Part shown: piece by piece, positions 37,761 through 51,795 of the stretch
Layout: each line of letters starts with the position of its first letter
How positions within the stretch are numbered: position 1 is the first letter of the stretch
Source: Eledone cirrhosa
Taxonomy: Eukaryota
Direction of reading: 5' to 3'
NCBI GenBank assembly: GCA_964016885.1
Contig: OZ024740.1
Coordinates: forward strand, 359,786,001 to 359,850,000
DNA length: 64,000 nt
Translations under genes and position numbers: made by a program
The notes under the pieces: generated by a model
Databases searched by the model: none
Seen by the model: the letters and a program-made list of their open reading frames with translations, nothing else
What the model was told of the DNA's origin: nothing

Positions 37761-40700
37761 CATAATTTTCAGCTTCTCTTCTTGCAAAGTATACTTGGCA
37801 CATAGCTTCCTGGTTATATTCAGATTCTCCCATTTGCCATTCTTTCCATGCCTGTTTTTTTTAATGAATAGCCTTATCCACCCTACTATTCCACCATCAA
37901 GTTACTCTCCTCTCTGTAGCCCCACACCAGTGACAGATCTCACTTGTTGCCATCTATTCATCAACTGGTTTTATTCAGACAATACATTTGAGGGTTTAGG
38001 CTATCATATCAACCTCAGTATTTATTTCAGTCAGGTACTTATTTTATCATTTTCTATTTGCTGAACAACTAAGTTACAAGACATAAGGGACACAACATAA
38101 ACAGCCATACACATATATGATGAGCTTCTACAGTTTCCACCTATCAAATTTTACTCACAAAGTATTGATCAAACCAATGCTGCAATAGAAGACATCTACC
38201 AAAAGTGCTCACCATAGACTTCAATCACTGTTATGAAATTAAAAATAAGTTTCCTATTTTTTTTAGAAAATTTTATTTTATTTTTTATTGGTAAATAGAG
38301 AAAAAAATTTTTCTTTGATTATTAAGTCAAATTTTATCAATTTAACCAAATATTTGGCTATGGAGTATACTTGAGATCTACTAAGTCTGCATACAATTGG
38401 ACATGTGACTGGTGACATATGATATTTAAATACAAATTTTGAGTCGCTGTCAAAACTTAATGTGTCATGAAAATGTGCGTCAATAATTTGAAAAGTTTGG
38501 AAAGCTCTGTGTTCTCTATCTGTCTGCCTATATATATACATGTAGTGTATTGGTGTGTAACCTTTAGAGTTGGGTGTGATCATTACCAATCGATCGATTA
38601 TGAAATATGCGTCGTGTCATTAAATATGTTATACTGATACTCCGTTCCTGCTCAATATCATATATATATATATATATAGAGATAGATAGATAGAGAGAGG
38701 GGGGAAAAGGGGAGTGTCTGTGTGTGTGTGTTAATTAGATAATAATTTAACCCTTTTGATACCAAACCACCCTAGTTTTATGATACAAAACTCCCCATTT
38801 TAAGATATTCATATTTACATTAAAACCTTCAATCAAAAATGTTTCAAACAAATGTTTGTTAAGTAATGTTTCAAACATCAGCTTAATAATGAAATAGTTA
38901 ATTATTTTATTAAATCCTTCAAAATTTTTTGATTTTCAAAATTAATTAAAACATTGATAGTGTATATTATTAGAAATACACCATAATTTTGGTGATTATT
39001 TAAGGATTATTTCAGTGACAATTTTGTAAAACATTTATGGTGTATAGATATAACCAGTTACCAAGGTTCATCACAACTGTCACTGCTATCATTACACCAT
39101 AAACTGCTTTGATACAAAACTTTTTAAATGTACTAACACAATTATCTCTCCTTCATTTATCTCCACTGTTTCTTATAGTAAATGTAGATGTAACCCGGGC
39201 TGGAATCGCAACAAAATTACTTTAATTCTTTTGATACCAACAAACCTGAGATTGCCTTTCCTTCCATAATACAAAAACTATTATTTTAAAGTGTTCATAT
39301 CTTAAATCATTCCATCATAATTGAATGTGAGAAAATTTTGTTAAGTTATGTTCCAAACAAATTTAATTTAAAAAAGTAATTAGTTCTGTTTTGCCCACTT
39401 ATTCCTGATTGACGAGAAAGTAGAGTCCTTAGACACGCCTCCATGAGAGTCCTATCAGAAGCAACTGTCTCTAGGAAAGAGTCGCTGAACAAATTTTATG
39501 GGCAAAACCAACCATTAGGAGACCCAGATCAAGATGATTGGATAACATTCATAAGCTCTGTTGGGGATCCAACCGTTATCAATTGGAGACTAATTAGTTA
39601 TTTTACTAAATCCTTCTAAATTCTTGATTATATTCAAAATCAATAGAATATAATCATTAAAAATATGGACATGAGAGGGTCAAGAAAAAAATGTTGCCAA
39701 TCACAATAGCTTTTTTAAAAGAGGAAATAAATGTATTGACTTTACAAGCATTTTGTGTCAACAGCCAAATTTGAGGCTACTAAATTATTAAGGCTGACCC
39801 TATTTTTATTCTTCACCACCCAACCCAAAATCCAACATAATTCAACTTGGTCCTTTGGTTTAACAACTGCCTCCCTCATTAGTGTGATCTGCTTCCAGGT
39901 ACAAAATAATAAACCATACTAATATAGAAAATATGTCAAATAAGGCAATTGACCAGTGGTCTTCCTCCCACACACTTGATTTCTACAACTTCTGCCACCT
40001 TAATTCCCCCTCCTTCTTTGTCTAACCCATGCCAGCATAAAAAGACGGATGCACAACCAGTGTCTCATGTCCCTCAATTCCCAGTCTCTCATCCAACCAT
40101 GCTAACATGGAAAAGCAGATGCACCCTATAATATACAGCCAGACATCACTTCTCACTTTCATTCCCTCCCGTAGCAAGCAACACGTAGCTTAACACCACC
40201 ACCCCACTCTCATCCCTACTCTTATTATTGCCTCCCCAGCCAGCCTGGTCGAGGACACAATGATCACCCTAATATCAAAAGGGTGGTAGTGCAGGTGCCA
40301 CAATAAAAAGCACAGTCTACCTCATCAGATGGTGATAGTAGTGTCATGATAAAATGCACCCAGTACATGCAATAAAGTGGTTAGCATTCAGACATAGAAA
40401 CCATGCTAGAATGGAATGTATGAGCAAAACACAGTCATCTGACCTATCTTGCCTCAGAATGTGATAAATCTGTCTAACCCATGCAAGCATGGAGAATAGA
40501 TGTAATGTAAAACAGTGATGATGACAATGATGAATGTAGAAATCAAATAAAATACCCTAGGCTTGTTTATGTTATATTTATTTTTACACATACACATATA
40601 TACATATGTGATTTCTTAATGAGATATTTTGATGTAGTTAGATTACTCTCACTGGAGTAAATGATTAGACAGATTAACTTTGTGTTTGTTATTGTTCAAA

Positions 40701-40859
40701 TATGTTTGTTGCTAAAACAATCAGTAAGTCACAGAAACACAAAAATTCTGTTATTAGTGATAGGTAATGGTGATGAGGATGTTAAGATGATGATGATAAT
40801 GGTGACAGGAATGTGGAGGATCAGCTAAAGAGTTATGAATCACTCTGCTTAGCTATATG

Positions 40860-40907
40860 CTAACTGCTTGACCAACAGCTTTCCTCTGCCAGTATCCTTG
40901 GTTGTAA
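40860..40907 (-). CDS. PPP1R13B: ASPP-family terminal coding exon
   Basis: tttttcag|TTA CAA CCA AGG ATA...TAG = LQPRILAEESCWSSS*, matching the ASPP LYPRI tail in the expected phase 0. Candidate AATAAA on the minus strand at 40577-40582. Confidence 0.85.
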   Translation of the reverse strand, partial: LQPRILAEESCWSSS

Positions 40908-41619
40908 CTGAAAAACAAACAAAATGGAATGATTAATACATACAGCTTAATAAATATACACACTTATATGTGAACAGATACAAAGATAAATAACTAATTA
41001 TGTAGATAAATAGAAACATTACATGGATTCATAAATATCTTCATAAAAAGATTTGTACATTAAAATGATGATAGTGATGAAGGTTGGGAGATGTTCAGTG
41101 TTACTGCTAACAGAGACCCAATGCTAATCTACATATGCAGTTTCTCACTATCATTAAATATGTATTATGCTATACTAAACTATAAATATTTATTGTTATA
41201 GGAAAATACCTATTTATTTTTTAGAACTTTAAAGTTAGACAAAGTAAGTTGGCTTTATGTTTAGATGACATTTTTTTGTCCAACTCCTTTTTTGCTACAA
41301 TAAAATACACAGTATATTCTGTAAAGTGGTTGGCAAATGAACAAAGACAATGTAGGGCCGAGAGGTCTCTTTTGTCTGGCCAAGGATATGACAACCTCTC
41401 TAGTGTTAGCGCTATGATAAAATGTACCCAGTATATACCATAAAGTGGTTGGTGTTATGAAGGACATCCAGTCACAGAAACCACACCCAAAATCGAATGT
41501 ACAAGTAAAATGTGACTCTCTGTACAGTAACATAAAATGATGATGATGGTGATGAAACACACAAATACAAACATACATACAGCCAGTTTGATAAATATAA
41601 ATATTACATCATCAACCAT

Positions 41620-41880
41620 CACCTCAGTTGAACAGGTCACGTCTGCTGCATGAATAGCACCAGACTGCAATGTTAAATTGCCTACAATAAACTCAGCACA
41701 GGCAAGAGATCTTGCAGTCACCCAATGCAATACTACAAGGACCAGCTAAAACATGATGAAGAGCACAAACATTGACCCTAAGTCCCAAGAATAACACACA
41801 GAAGACAGAACAGCATGGCGTAATCTTATCAAGATCGGTGCTTAACATTTTTGAGGAAAATCGTTGAAGAACCAAAGAGG
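41620..41880 (+). mobile_element. Decayed RTE 3' fragment
   Basis: GHVCCM...GKR...QYYKDQLK...EDRTAWR pattern across frames. Confidence 0.55.
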
Positions 41881-42421
41881 ATAAAAAATTGCAATGAAAA
41901 ATTTGTCATCTCCAACCAAGACATCCACTGACCATCAACTGTGATCTGTGTGGCCAATTTTTCCTTGTTTTAAAACTAAGTTTTGTATCGTAAAACCAGG
42001 GAAATTTTAGGAAGTTTGGTACAAAAGGGTTAATATATCTACATAAAATTATAAAATATCACACATACACACTGAAACAAAGGTTATCAAGCTAAGATAC
42101 TACTGACCACAACTATTTTTGGTATGTCTTTGGGCAGTGAAGGAGGGTATCCAGGAATAAGACCAATATTTTTCAACAACAACAAAAACAATCATACCAT
42201 CTATACAGGCATAATAAAATAAATGGAGAAACTAGATGGAGAAAGAGGAGACAATAGTCTAAAACTTCACAAATAATTCAAAAGGAAACTGTGCCTTTGC
42301 CATAGAAACAGTTAGACACAATTTTAGCCAATAAAACACTAGCATATATATAGCCAATGGAATGAAAATACATATTGGTACATAGTGTCAATAAAAGATA
42401 CAAAATCATAAAGGTACTTAC

Positions 42422-42621
42422 CCCTAACAAGTTTCTAGCAACATATCCTACACGATTCTTCATACGGGACCACCACCATTCCTTTTCATTCTCATCTCCC
42501 TTTCGTAAGACAGTTATCTCATCGCCCATCTTGAAGCTGAGTTCATCAGAATGTTGGGCTTCATATCCAAATAGTGTGAACACTTTACCATTATTGACAA
42601 TCCCAAGTTTTTCTTGCACAC
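42422..42621 (-). CDS. PPP1R13B: ASPP-family exon (SH3 domain)
   Basis: ttttag|GT...GGG|gtaagt; (S)[66 protein letters not shown]. Confidence 0.96.
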
Positions 42622-43756
42622 CTAAAAATAGAAGTAGTGGTGAAATCATCTTTTCTTACACAACTAAAAATATAGAATGCAGTCTTGTTAACCAATATTA
42701 AACCAGCTATTAGTAAATGGTCAGCTAGGAAAGGTATTCAGCAGTAGAAATCATGCCAAAAATGGGTTGGGAGGAATCATCAGTTGTGTCTAGAGCAAGG
42801 CTCCTCTGTAAAGTGAGTCATAGAAACCTTGCCAAACAAAAAATTGGGAGGACTCTAGTCATGTCAAAGACATGACAATCCCCATAGTGCTGATGCTACA
42901 ATAAAATGCACCCGATGCAGTGTCTAGAGTTCAAAAATGTATGTAAACATTATCCTCACTTATTGTCTACTTTTCCTGCTAGCAAGAGTTGGACAAGTTA
43001 TCAGTAGACTGGCTTGATACTGACCCCACAGTGGGCTCGGAGCTGGCATCTCTCTTACATTCCTGCACCCGACAATGCACAGATGGACCAGCATTCCATG
43101 CACTACTAACTGCATTTTATTGTGACCCAGCACTAGGGAGGTTGTTATATCTTTGACACAGCTGAAGAGTTTTCCAAACCACTTGTTTCACAGATTTTCT
43201 ATGGCTGCTCACCCTTTCTACCACCAACTACTTTACAGGGTGTAATGGGTGCATTTATCGTGAAAATCCCTAAAACTAGGGAGGTTAGCTGAAAAGTCCT
43301 CCAGACTGACAATAATTGTAAATATTCAACTGGGTAAAATATCTGACAATGTTTAATAACATGGTTCACCTAATTCTTCAATCTATTTTAGTCATTATGG
43401 CAAATGCTATATTTCAGCATGACTCTTTATGGTGACTGTTGTTTATCATGAGGTATAATGTTTGTCACACTCAGCACTGCAAATTGGTGAAAGTTGTTTT
43501 ACTCAACTTATAAATCCTTAAATGTAAAACTATTGCAGTATACATTTTTGATATAGAGTGTGAAGAAGAAAGTTTGGATAACTGGCAGTATTTTCTATTG
43601 AAATGATCTTGCTCAAGTTCCAGAGAGTAGATTAAGTTTCAGTAATATAGAGGTTGTCCTGTATGTTTTCATAGATATATGACATGAGAAAACTCAATGA
43701 CAACAAGTAAAGTAACTGTTTAAAGATGTAAACTGATATTGAAGAGAATAACTTAC

Positions 43757-43923
43757 TGTAAAGATAATCAGAGCAAATATCATAACCAGCTTCACCTTCC
43801 TCACATTTCTTGGCAGCAGTCTCATGGTCACTAAATGTGGTTGCAAATATACAGGCACCATGATTAACTAGTAACTGTACCATTGGTAAATTGTTACATG
43901 ATGCAGCACAATGGAGAGGTGTC
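43757..43923 (-). CDS. PPP1R13B: ASPP-family exon (ankyrin repeats)
   Basis: ccacag|G ACA...TAC A|gtaagt; (W)[55 protein letters not shown]. Confidence 0.96.
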
Positions 43924-44919
43924 CTGTGGATAAAAAGTGTAGAGTGAAATGTCATTCAAAAGATAAAAATCCAGAACACTGACGATGAAGCTAATAAAAG
44001 CATTTCTAACTTTCTTAATTTTCATATATAAGAAGTAGATGTTCTCTCAGAAACATTACTTACTGTCTGTCTTAAGAACAAAGATTCCAAAAACATGAGC
44101 CAATATATAAATGGCTAAGAAGAATTGATATTAATAGAATTATAATTTTCCAGACAATGAACCTTATATTCAAACTATAATAGTTACATCTATACAATCT
44201 TTTGTTAAATTGATCTCATCATGATCAGATATGGATGCATACATAGTTCTAGATTGATTCAAAGGAACTTTTTTTTTCAACTATGAGTAATAACTTAAAT
44301 ACACTGGATAAAACACCCATTGATGATTGGAAATCAAAACATCATGTAAATATAAATACTGAATCAATTATATTCATGAGATACTAAGCAAATTTTGAAT
44401 GTATGTTAGCTTAAAGTAAGCTGCTTCGATGTAAGCTGCTTCGATGTAAAATTTTTTTAACTATGAAAAATAGTTGAACATGCTGGGCATATAAGTTCCT
44501 AGAGATGGGAAAAGTGGACCGTATCGCCTGTGTCACTTGAACTCACACTTGCTGAATGCCAAACTGTGCTACCATTACACCAAAGTGAGACAGGCCATTT
44601 ACCTGTCAAGCCTTATATATCAAACACAAGATGTAAACAATGAATCAATCTTATTCATGATGCATTGAGCAAATTTTGAATTTTTGAATGTATGTTAGTT
44701 TAAAGTATGGTCTTCAACACAGGGTTTTTTGACTATGAAAAATAGTCCAAGTTGGGTATGGAAAAAGTGGACACTATTGCTTGTGGGACTGAAACTCACT
44801 TGAGTCAGGAAAATTATAAAATTAATGACATAAATCACTCAGAGGACTTTTACTGAAATCATGTTATCTGCTGATGCAAAGGTCAAATTTAACTAATAAA
44901 AAAAGTATATTCCTACAGT

Positions 44920-45502
44920 CAGTGGCGAACTGGTTTAAAAGTATTGGTTGCCAGGAGATAAAGGGGGCCCACCCATATAGAATGCTATCATTCTATTTTT
45001 ATAATGAATAAATAACATTTAAAAAAAATACATAAGTGAAAACAAAACAGTGCAATCAAATTTTTGTGGGGAAAAATGTGTATTTTTTTTTACTAATTAT
45101 AGTGTATATATACTGTACATATTACTGGCGGTATACAGCAATAGTAAATGTAAATACAGAATGTTATAATTGAATTTTTAAATAATTGTGAATGTATAGT
45201 TTACTGTTATTTAGAGTAGAGTATGCAAGTGACTGTTGTTACCTTCTCCAATAGAAAATATAAAGTGAAATATACACATCAAAAGACTTTCAATAATGAC
45301 CTTTTGTCTTTCACATTCACTCAATATATTATATGGGAGTGTGTCTATGTGTGTACATGTACATATATAGATTTATATATATGTATACATACATGTTTTC
45401 AACTTGTACAAACATTATAAGGACTTTAGACTGAAAAACTGACCACTAATTGATTTTACAGTCTTTAATCCATTGATATAAAAAATTATTTGGCCAGCAG
45501 CT

Positions 45503-45585
<83 letters not shown>

Positions 45586-45956
45586 ATGTATGTATGTATG
45601 TATGTATGTATGTATGTACTTACACACGAGCTGCTGGCCAAATAAATTTTTTTTTTGTGGTGTGGGTGTGTGCGCGTGCGTGTGTGTGTCCATGTACGTA
45701 TGCATTCAGTAAGCTATAAATTTAGACAACCAGTGATTCTAACTGTTAGCACCATCGTATATTTTGGTTTCTATTATTTCCCTAGGGAATTGTTTGACCA
45801 AATGCTTTGCTTATTTGATAATTTATTTATTTTTTATTTATTCTTTCTCTAAGACCTTTTTTTTTTATTTTTTTTTGAAAGATAAGCATTAGCCCCTAAA
45901 ATACTACGGTGGGCCCCTGCAATGCTACCATGGGCCCCCTGCCCAGCCCGCCACTG
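44920..45956. mobile_element. hAT-type MITE with 8-bp TSD, in an ASPP intron
   Basis: CCTACAGT|CAGTGGCGAACTGG ... CCAGCCCGCCACTG|CCTACAGT. Confidence 0.85.
45505..45618. repeat. (TG)n(TATG)n microsatellite
   Basis: Direct inspection. Confidence 0.95.
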
Positions 45957-46039
45957 CCTACAGTTCTAAGTAAAGCAACATCAAGTTTTAAAAATTAATG
46001 GGTTAGATCTAGAGAATGCCTTCTCTAAGTCTTTAACAT

Positions 46040-46775
46040 CGTGTTCATGAGTGATGGAAGGAAAGAGGCCAAATTAAGTGCAAGAATTACAGGAGCTGGT
46101 GCGGTAATGTGTCAGCTTCAGCATTCAGTGATCAGAAGAAAGGAGGTATGTGTAAAAGCCAAACTCACTATCTTCAATATGGTGTTCCTGCCTACCTTTA
46201 CCCATAGTCATGAATACTGGGTAATGACCAAAAGAATATAATAATATATAATATAATGAAACTATTGTGTGCTCAGGTGCACTACAAAAATTAATTCTAC
46301 AATCCTTGGTAGGGAATGAACTTATAACTTCAGAATAGAAACTACAAATTGGAGCACTCTTGTCAACTGATGTGAATACAAACGGCTGAAATGGGGTTCC
46401 TCCAAAGGTTCTGGGATAATGTTACTTGATAGTAAGCATAGCTTGAAGATCAGGGACTTGCTCCAGATAGAACTGTTACTTCTCCGAATTGAGAGATCAC
46501 AGCTCCAATACTATGGATATGTGATTAGAATGTTTCAGGAAAGAATCACTGGACAGATTGCACGGGCAAAACCAACTGGCATCATACCCAAGGGTAAACT
46601 TTGAGCAAGATAATAAGATAACAGCCAAGAGCTTGGCTGGTTTCGCTTGGGGATCCAGATGGATCAATTAGAGATGGTTGCTTCTGACAGAACCTGCTGG
46701 AAGACATGCTTCAGGATTGCCCCCACAACCCTCCCAGGAATTAGTGGACAATGAAGAAGAGGAACAACAACAACA
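46040..46775 (+). mobile_element. RTE family A 3' fragment
   Basis: SDGRKEAKLSARITGAGAVMCQL, IERSQLQYYGYVIRM; (GAA/CAA)n-like tail; interrupted at ~46240-46370. Confidence 0.8.
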
Positions 46776-47491
46776 ATTTTAGTAAATCCCTCAAATTCAT
46801 CATTGAAATAGAGAGTATCGCATTAGAAATATAGTCACAAAAGGGTTAAGGTACAGCAGGCATTATCACAGAAATGTATAAAACATCTCCAAATATAGAG
46901 AAAGTGCTACAGAATATATATAGCAAAATGAACAAGGGAAAACACCCTACAAGCTGGTTCCTGTAATGTCTAACTGAAAAAATAAGCCACAAACACATCT
47001 TTGCAGTAAACAAATTATTTCAAAAACTGCATCTCACCCACGATAAAAAAAATGTTCTATCGGTAATTGTATAGAAAGGGGTGTAACATATTCGAGATGA
47101 ATTTGTGTTCATTTATCTCCAATGTGTAAAAATACTATTCCTTTCACTCTAAAGATTAGAATCAAATCTAGAGATGTTAGCTATCCCTTAGCCTTGGTTA
47201 TATCTCAAAATATCTTTTTCTTCAGTGGCATAATTTACTGTCACCAAGCCAACAGGGGAGTCTCTATGCAGTTTCTCTAGTTGCTAGAAATGGCAATTAA
47301 AAGTCCATCAGACTGCACCTTACCATCAATAAAAAGAACATATTGAACAGTATAATGTTATGTATACAAAAGATGAGACAGTCGTGACTACAACATCTTT
47401 GATCAAGGGTATGCTCAATAAGTGCTGGAACACCTTTGTGACTAGGTTTACTGAGTTAGTGTAGTCCTAAGACTAGATAACAACAACTTAC

Positions 47492-47625
47492 CATCCATCA
47501 CTGTCTGGGGCATTAACATCACAACCAAATTCAACCAAAAACTTCACAATATCATAGTGTCCTGCACATATGGCATTGTGTAGTGAAGTGATGCCCTCTT
47601 CATTAGATGCACTGGCATTTGGTAC
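47492..47625 (-). CDS. PPP1R13B: ASPP-family exon (ankyrin repeat)
   Basis: atccag|GTA...GGA TG|gtaagt; [44 protein letters not shown](W). Confidence 0.95.
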
Positions 47626-49447
47626 CTGGATAAACAAAAACAAATGAATTTAATAAAATATTTAGAAGAGGAAGATTTCTTAGTGAAAATAAGAATGAAA
47701 TAAGCATTATAGAATATAAAGATAGAGGCTACAACCAAAAATAAAAACCCACTCAACTTTCACCCCATTACAGATAGAGAATATGTGTATGTCCACACAC
47801 ATACATTGAACTCTTTTTTTTCTATCTTTCATCTAAGCATGGACCTTACAACATTAATTGTTTTGTATCTCTCTGTTTGCCCTTTTTTATATATACAATA
47901 TATATGTGTGTGTGTGTGTGATTGTGAGAAGATATAAATAGATAAATATAATAAGCAAAAATAACAAAGATAAAATTAAATCATTTTAGTCCTGACACAT
48001 GTCTCTTCAAAAATATAAGTAAAAAAGCAAACAAACAAAAGAACAAAAAACTTACTCAAGAACCATTAAAACTCTAATTAATATTTTCTTATATTATAAT
48101 CTGATCAGTGACTTAAATATTTAATAATTATTTTTGCATCATCAGAGAAAACTAAAAATTATACTCATAGGAAGCAATGTCATTATAATGACACGTTATA
48201 ACTGCGATAATCAAAGGATACGTGACAAACAACACACAAATATATATATAATTTCCGACATTTTTGTTTGACAAAGCAGATTGGAAAGTTTTCTAAATGA
48301 GGAATAATAGATAACCCTTTAATTTTATAAGTAAATTGTTTACATTTAGTTTAATAATTATTTTACTTTAATAATATTTTCTCAAATTTTCCAGATGACA
48401 ATGCATGAGAGGAGAGAACATCTGGAAACACTTGTGTTTGTTAATAGATGGACCCAGGTAAAGACCTGGAAAAGCATTCAATTTTAGTTTGGAAGATTTA
48501 AGATCTTTCAGTGATGTTTTGACTGAATTCTTGGATAAATTCAATTTAAAAAAAGTATTTCAACATAATGATTTAATCCTTTAACATTTACATTACTCTA
48601 TATATACTATTGTATTTTCGTGGTAAAGGCTTTATCTCACATAATATTGAATCTATGAGATTTTGATGTTATTTATTTTGAGAACATTACCTCAACATTA
48701 GTATGGCCAATTTGAACAGAATGATGTTTAAATGCTAAAGGGTTAATAACTACAGAATTTCATGATTTTATAAGAATTTAGAGAAGATGTGTATGTTTTC
48801 GCCATTTAAACTGCTGAGAAAATTCCCTCAGAAGCCTTGCCACAACAATTATTTAAGTAAGTCAGTAGGGAATGTGATAGGATAACTACCACCACTACAC
48901 CAACCAAAAATACCAAACTAGAAATTTAAGAAGTAGATGGAGAAGTAGGAAAGAATTAGGATTAGGGTGAGAGAGGGGTTGACTGGATCATATTTAAGAA
49001 GGCTGGAGGCTTGTAGTTGCTTTTCTTGCACACTCCCCATCCCACTCTAGGTTAGCCCCATTCAAGCTCTATTCAGTAGGGGGAATAGTCATTAAAGCAA
49101 TGACAACATTCACTGCTCTGTGGAATGAAAAGGAAAGGAAACTATGCTGTTACATTATACATGTATGCACTTAAAATAGTCTCTTCAGACACACAGACAG
49201 ACATATACATATGGAATAAATTACTTACTAGAGTTTCTAGGTTCTCTTAACTTCAGTCAAGCTGGATATTGTTAGATTTAGTGAAGCCAAGGAAAATTTA
49301 ATTATAATTACTATTAATACTAGTAGTACTATGATTAGGGCAGCTAATGCCAGAAAGTGTACAGGATTGAGTGTCATGTCATGTTTAGTTGCATTTCTTT
49401 TGTTCTGAGTCCTAAATCAACTAGAATCAAATTTTGTTTCTCATCCT

Positions 49448-49705
<258 letters not shown>

Positions 49706-49929
49706 TAGTATGAAAATTCAAGACAGAAGCCTCAGAATAACTGAATCAGGAGAGGAATATTTAAAACATCAAATATGAACAAATCCACCCTATTAATTTA
49801 TGGTACTTGACCATATACCAGGAAGAATAAGCAAAGCTTGGCCTTCAGGTGAGTTGGGTGAAGACTAAGTTGATGCATGTTGGCAATGGCACGGATCTTC
49901 CACCGCTCCATATTGGCCCTGATGTCATG

Positions 49930-50450
49930 GAGTTTGTGATCTCCTTCATCTAGTTGGACTCCATACTCACCAACAATGGAGACTTGACCTGGAGGTCAAC
50001 TGCAGATGTAGTCTTGCTGCCCGAGCCATGCACTCCCTATGGAAGCCTCTTTGGTACCATCACACTATCTCCCGAAAGACAAAGCTCTGCATCTACAATG
50101 CCTTGGTCCTCTACCTTCTCTCTAGAACAGAACGTGGCCCTCATGAAGACCCTGGCAAAGAGGATCAGATGATACGATTACGTCTCCAATGAAGAGCTAC
50201 ATGCCCATATGCATCAGCCCACAGCCTCCAGCCAGATCATTCTTCCAAGGCCTTACTCTTGTTCTATACAGCAGCAGCAGGCTGGAAGAAGCCTCACGAC
50301 AGACCCCACACCAAATGGCTGGACATGATTAAGGAAGATCCCCAGAGGCTTGACATCACCTTAGAGGATGCAGAAAGGCTGACACAGGACTGCCAGTGAT
50401 GGAGGACACTGGTGGATCTTGTCGACTCCATGCATGATGAAACCTCTGGG
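49930..50450 (+). mobile_element. Decayed RTE-like LINE 3' part
   Basis: DSILTNNGDL...RPHTKWLDMIKEDPQRLDITLEDAERLTQD...WRTLV. Confidence 0.6.
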
Positions 50451-51795
50451 ACGGCTGACCAGAATGACCCCAGAGCCATTGAGCAAGAGCAATAGATGAG
50501 AGACATGTAGATGTTACTACAATATTGAACAGCGATTAAGAAGTCTCACTCCCCTTTGGATTTTATCTACCACTAAACAGCATCAAACAATATAAAATGA
50601 TAAGACAGAGAGTTCTGGAATAAATATTCAATAGCAGTTTATATGAATGCATATACAATATGTTTATGTATAATAAACATACATAAATCTTACCAAGGAT
50701 GTTTTAAGCTGTGATCCTGTCACAGTTACTTTAGTAGCCATGTGAGAACACAAGACAACACTGATGTTTCAGGATTTTTTATCCATCTTCAGTGACTTTT
50801 ACTCACATGGTCCTAAGACATGAATAAGCTATTCTTGGATATAAAACATTTGCTGGAGATGCTTATTTGCATGTACTGCAGGCTTGACTGGTCGAAATTT
50901 AAGTATATGCTTGCAAAACAGCATGTTCCCCTTTGATGTAAACAACACTATTGACATATTGGTGTGAAGCATCAGGTAGAGAAGAAGAAGAGAGAATTTC
51001 AAACTAGTATTCTGTCAATATTTTCTATAATTGTCGGAATAATTTTTACTCACAAATTTTTTCTTTATCCATCATTATGGACACTTTAATCCTTAAATTT
51101 TCTACAGATTGACTCTTGTGCTGAATATGTTCGCAGGCAGAAATATCAATATCCACAGATGGACTGCTTAATCTATATAAATCTATTGAATTTAATAATT
51201 CCTTCTATTAATAGTTTCTTTTATTAAAATATCATAAAGACACTTCAATTACAAACTATGCAAATGTGTGTGTGTGTGTCTCTCTCTCTCTTCTCTTCCC
51301 TTGAGGAAGCTCATAGATCAACCAACCAAAACTCAATGAGGAGCATCAGCAGGAAATATGCAACAACTATTATAGTAATATAACATTACAAGTAAAATAA
51401 GTCAACAATCGTTGAATAACTAGTTTAAAAAACTTCTTTGGCAACAATTCAAATATTTCACCTGGTCTTTTATAAATATTTGTCACAATAAAATGCATCC
51501 AACCTACTCTGTAAAGTGGTAGTGCTGGTGCCATGAAAAAGTACTTAGTAAGGCAGTAGTGCTTGAGTCATACAATACAGTGGTTGGTGTTAAAAAGGGT
51601 GTCAGCTATAGAAACCAAGCCAAAAACAACATATGAGCAGAACGTAGCCACCTGACCAGCCATCTGCAGAACATGACAACCTGTCTAACCCATACAAGCA
51701 TGGAAAATAGATGTATAATGATGATGATGATGGTGAAGGAAGTAAATGAAATGGAACATAAAGAAAGGAAAATAAGGATACTTGAAGTAACTTAC

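Noticed and set aside
51685-51795. C-terminal extension of the 630-aa ORF with poly-His
   Set aside because: Read-through past the gtaagt donor into intron and a (CAT)n repeat tail.
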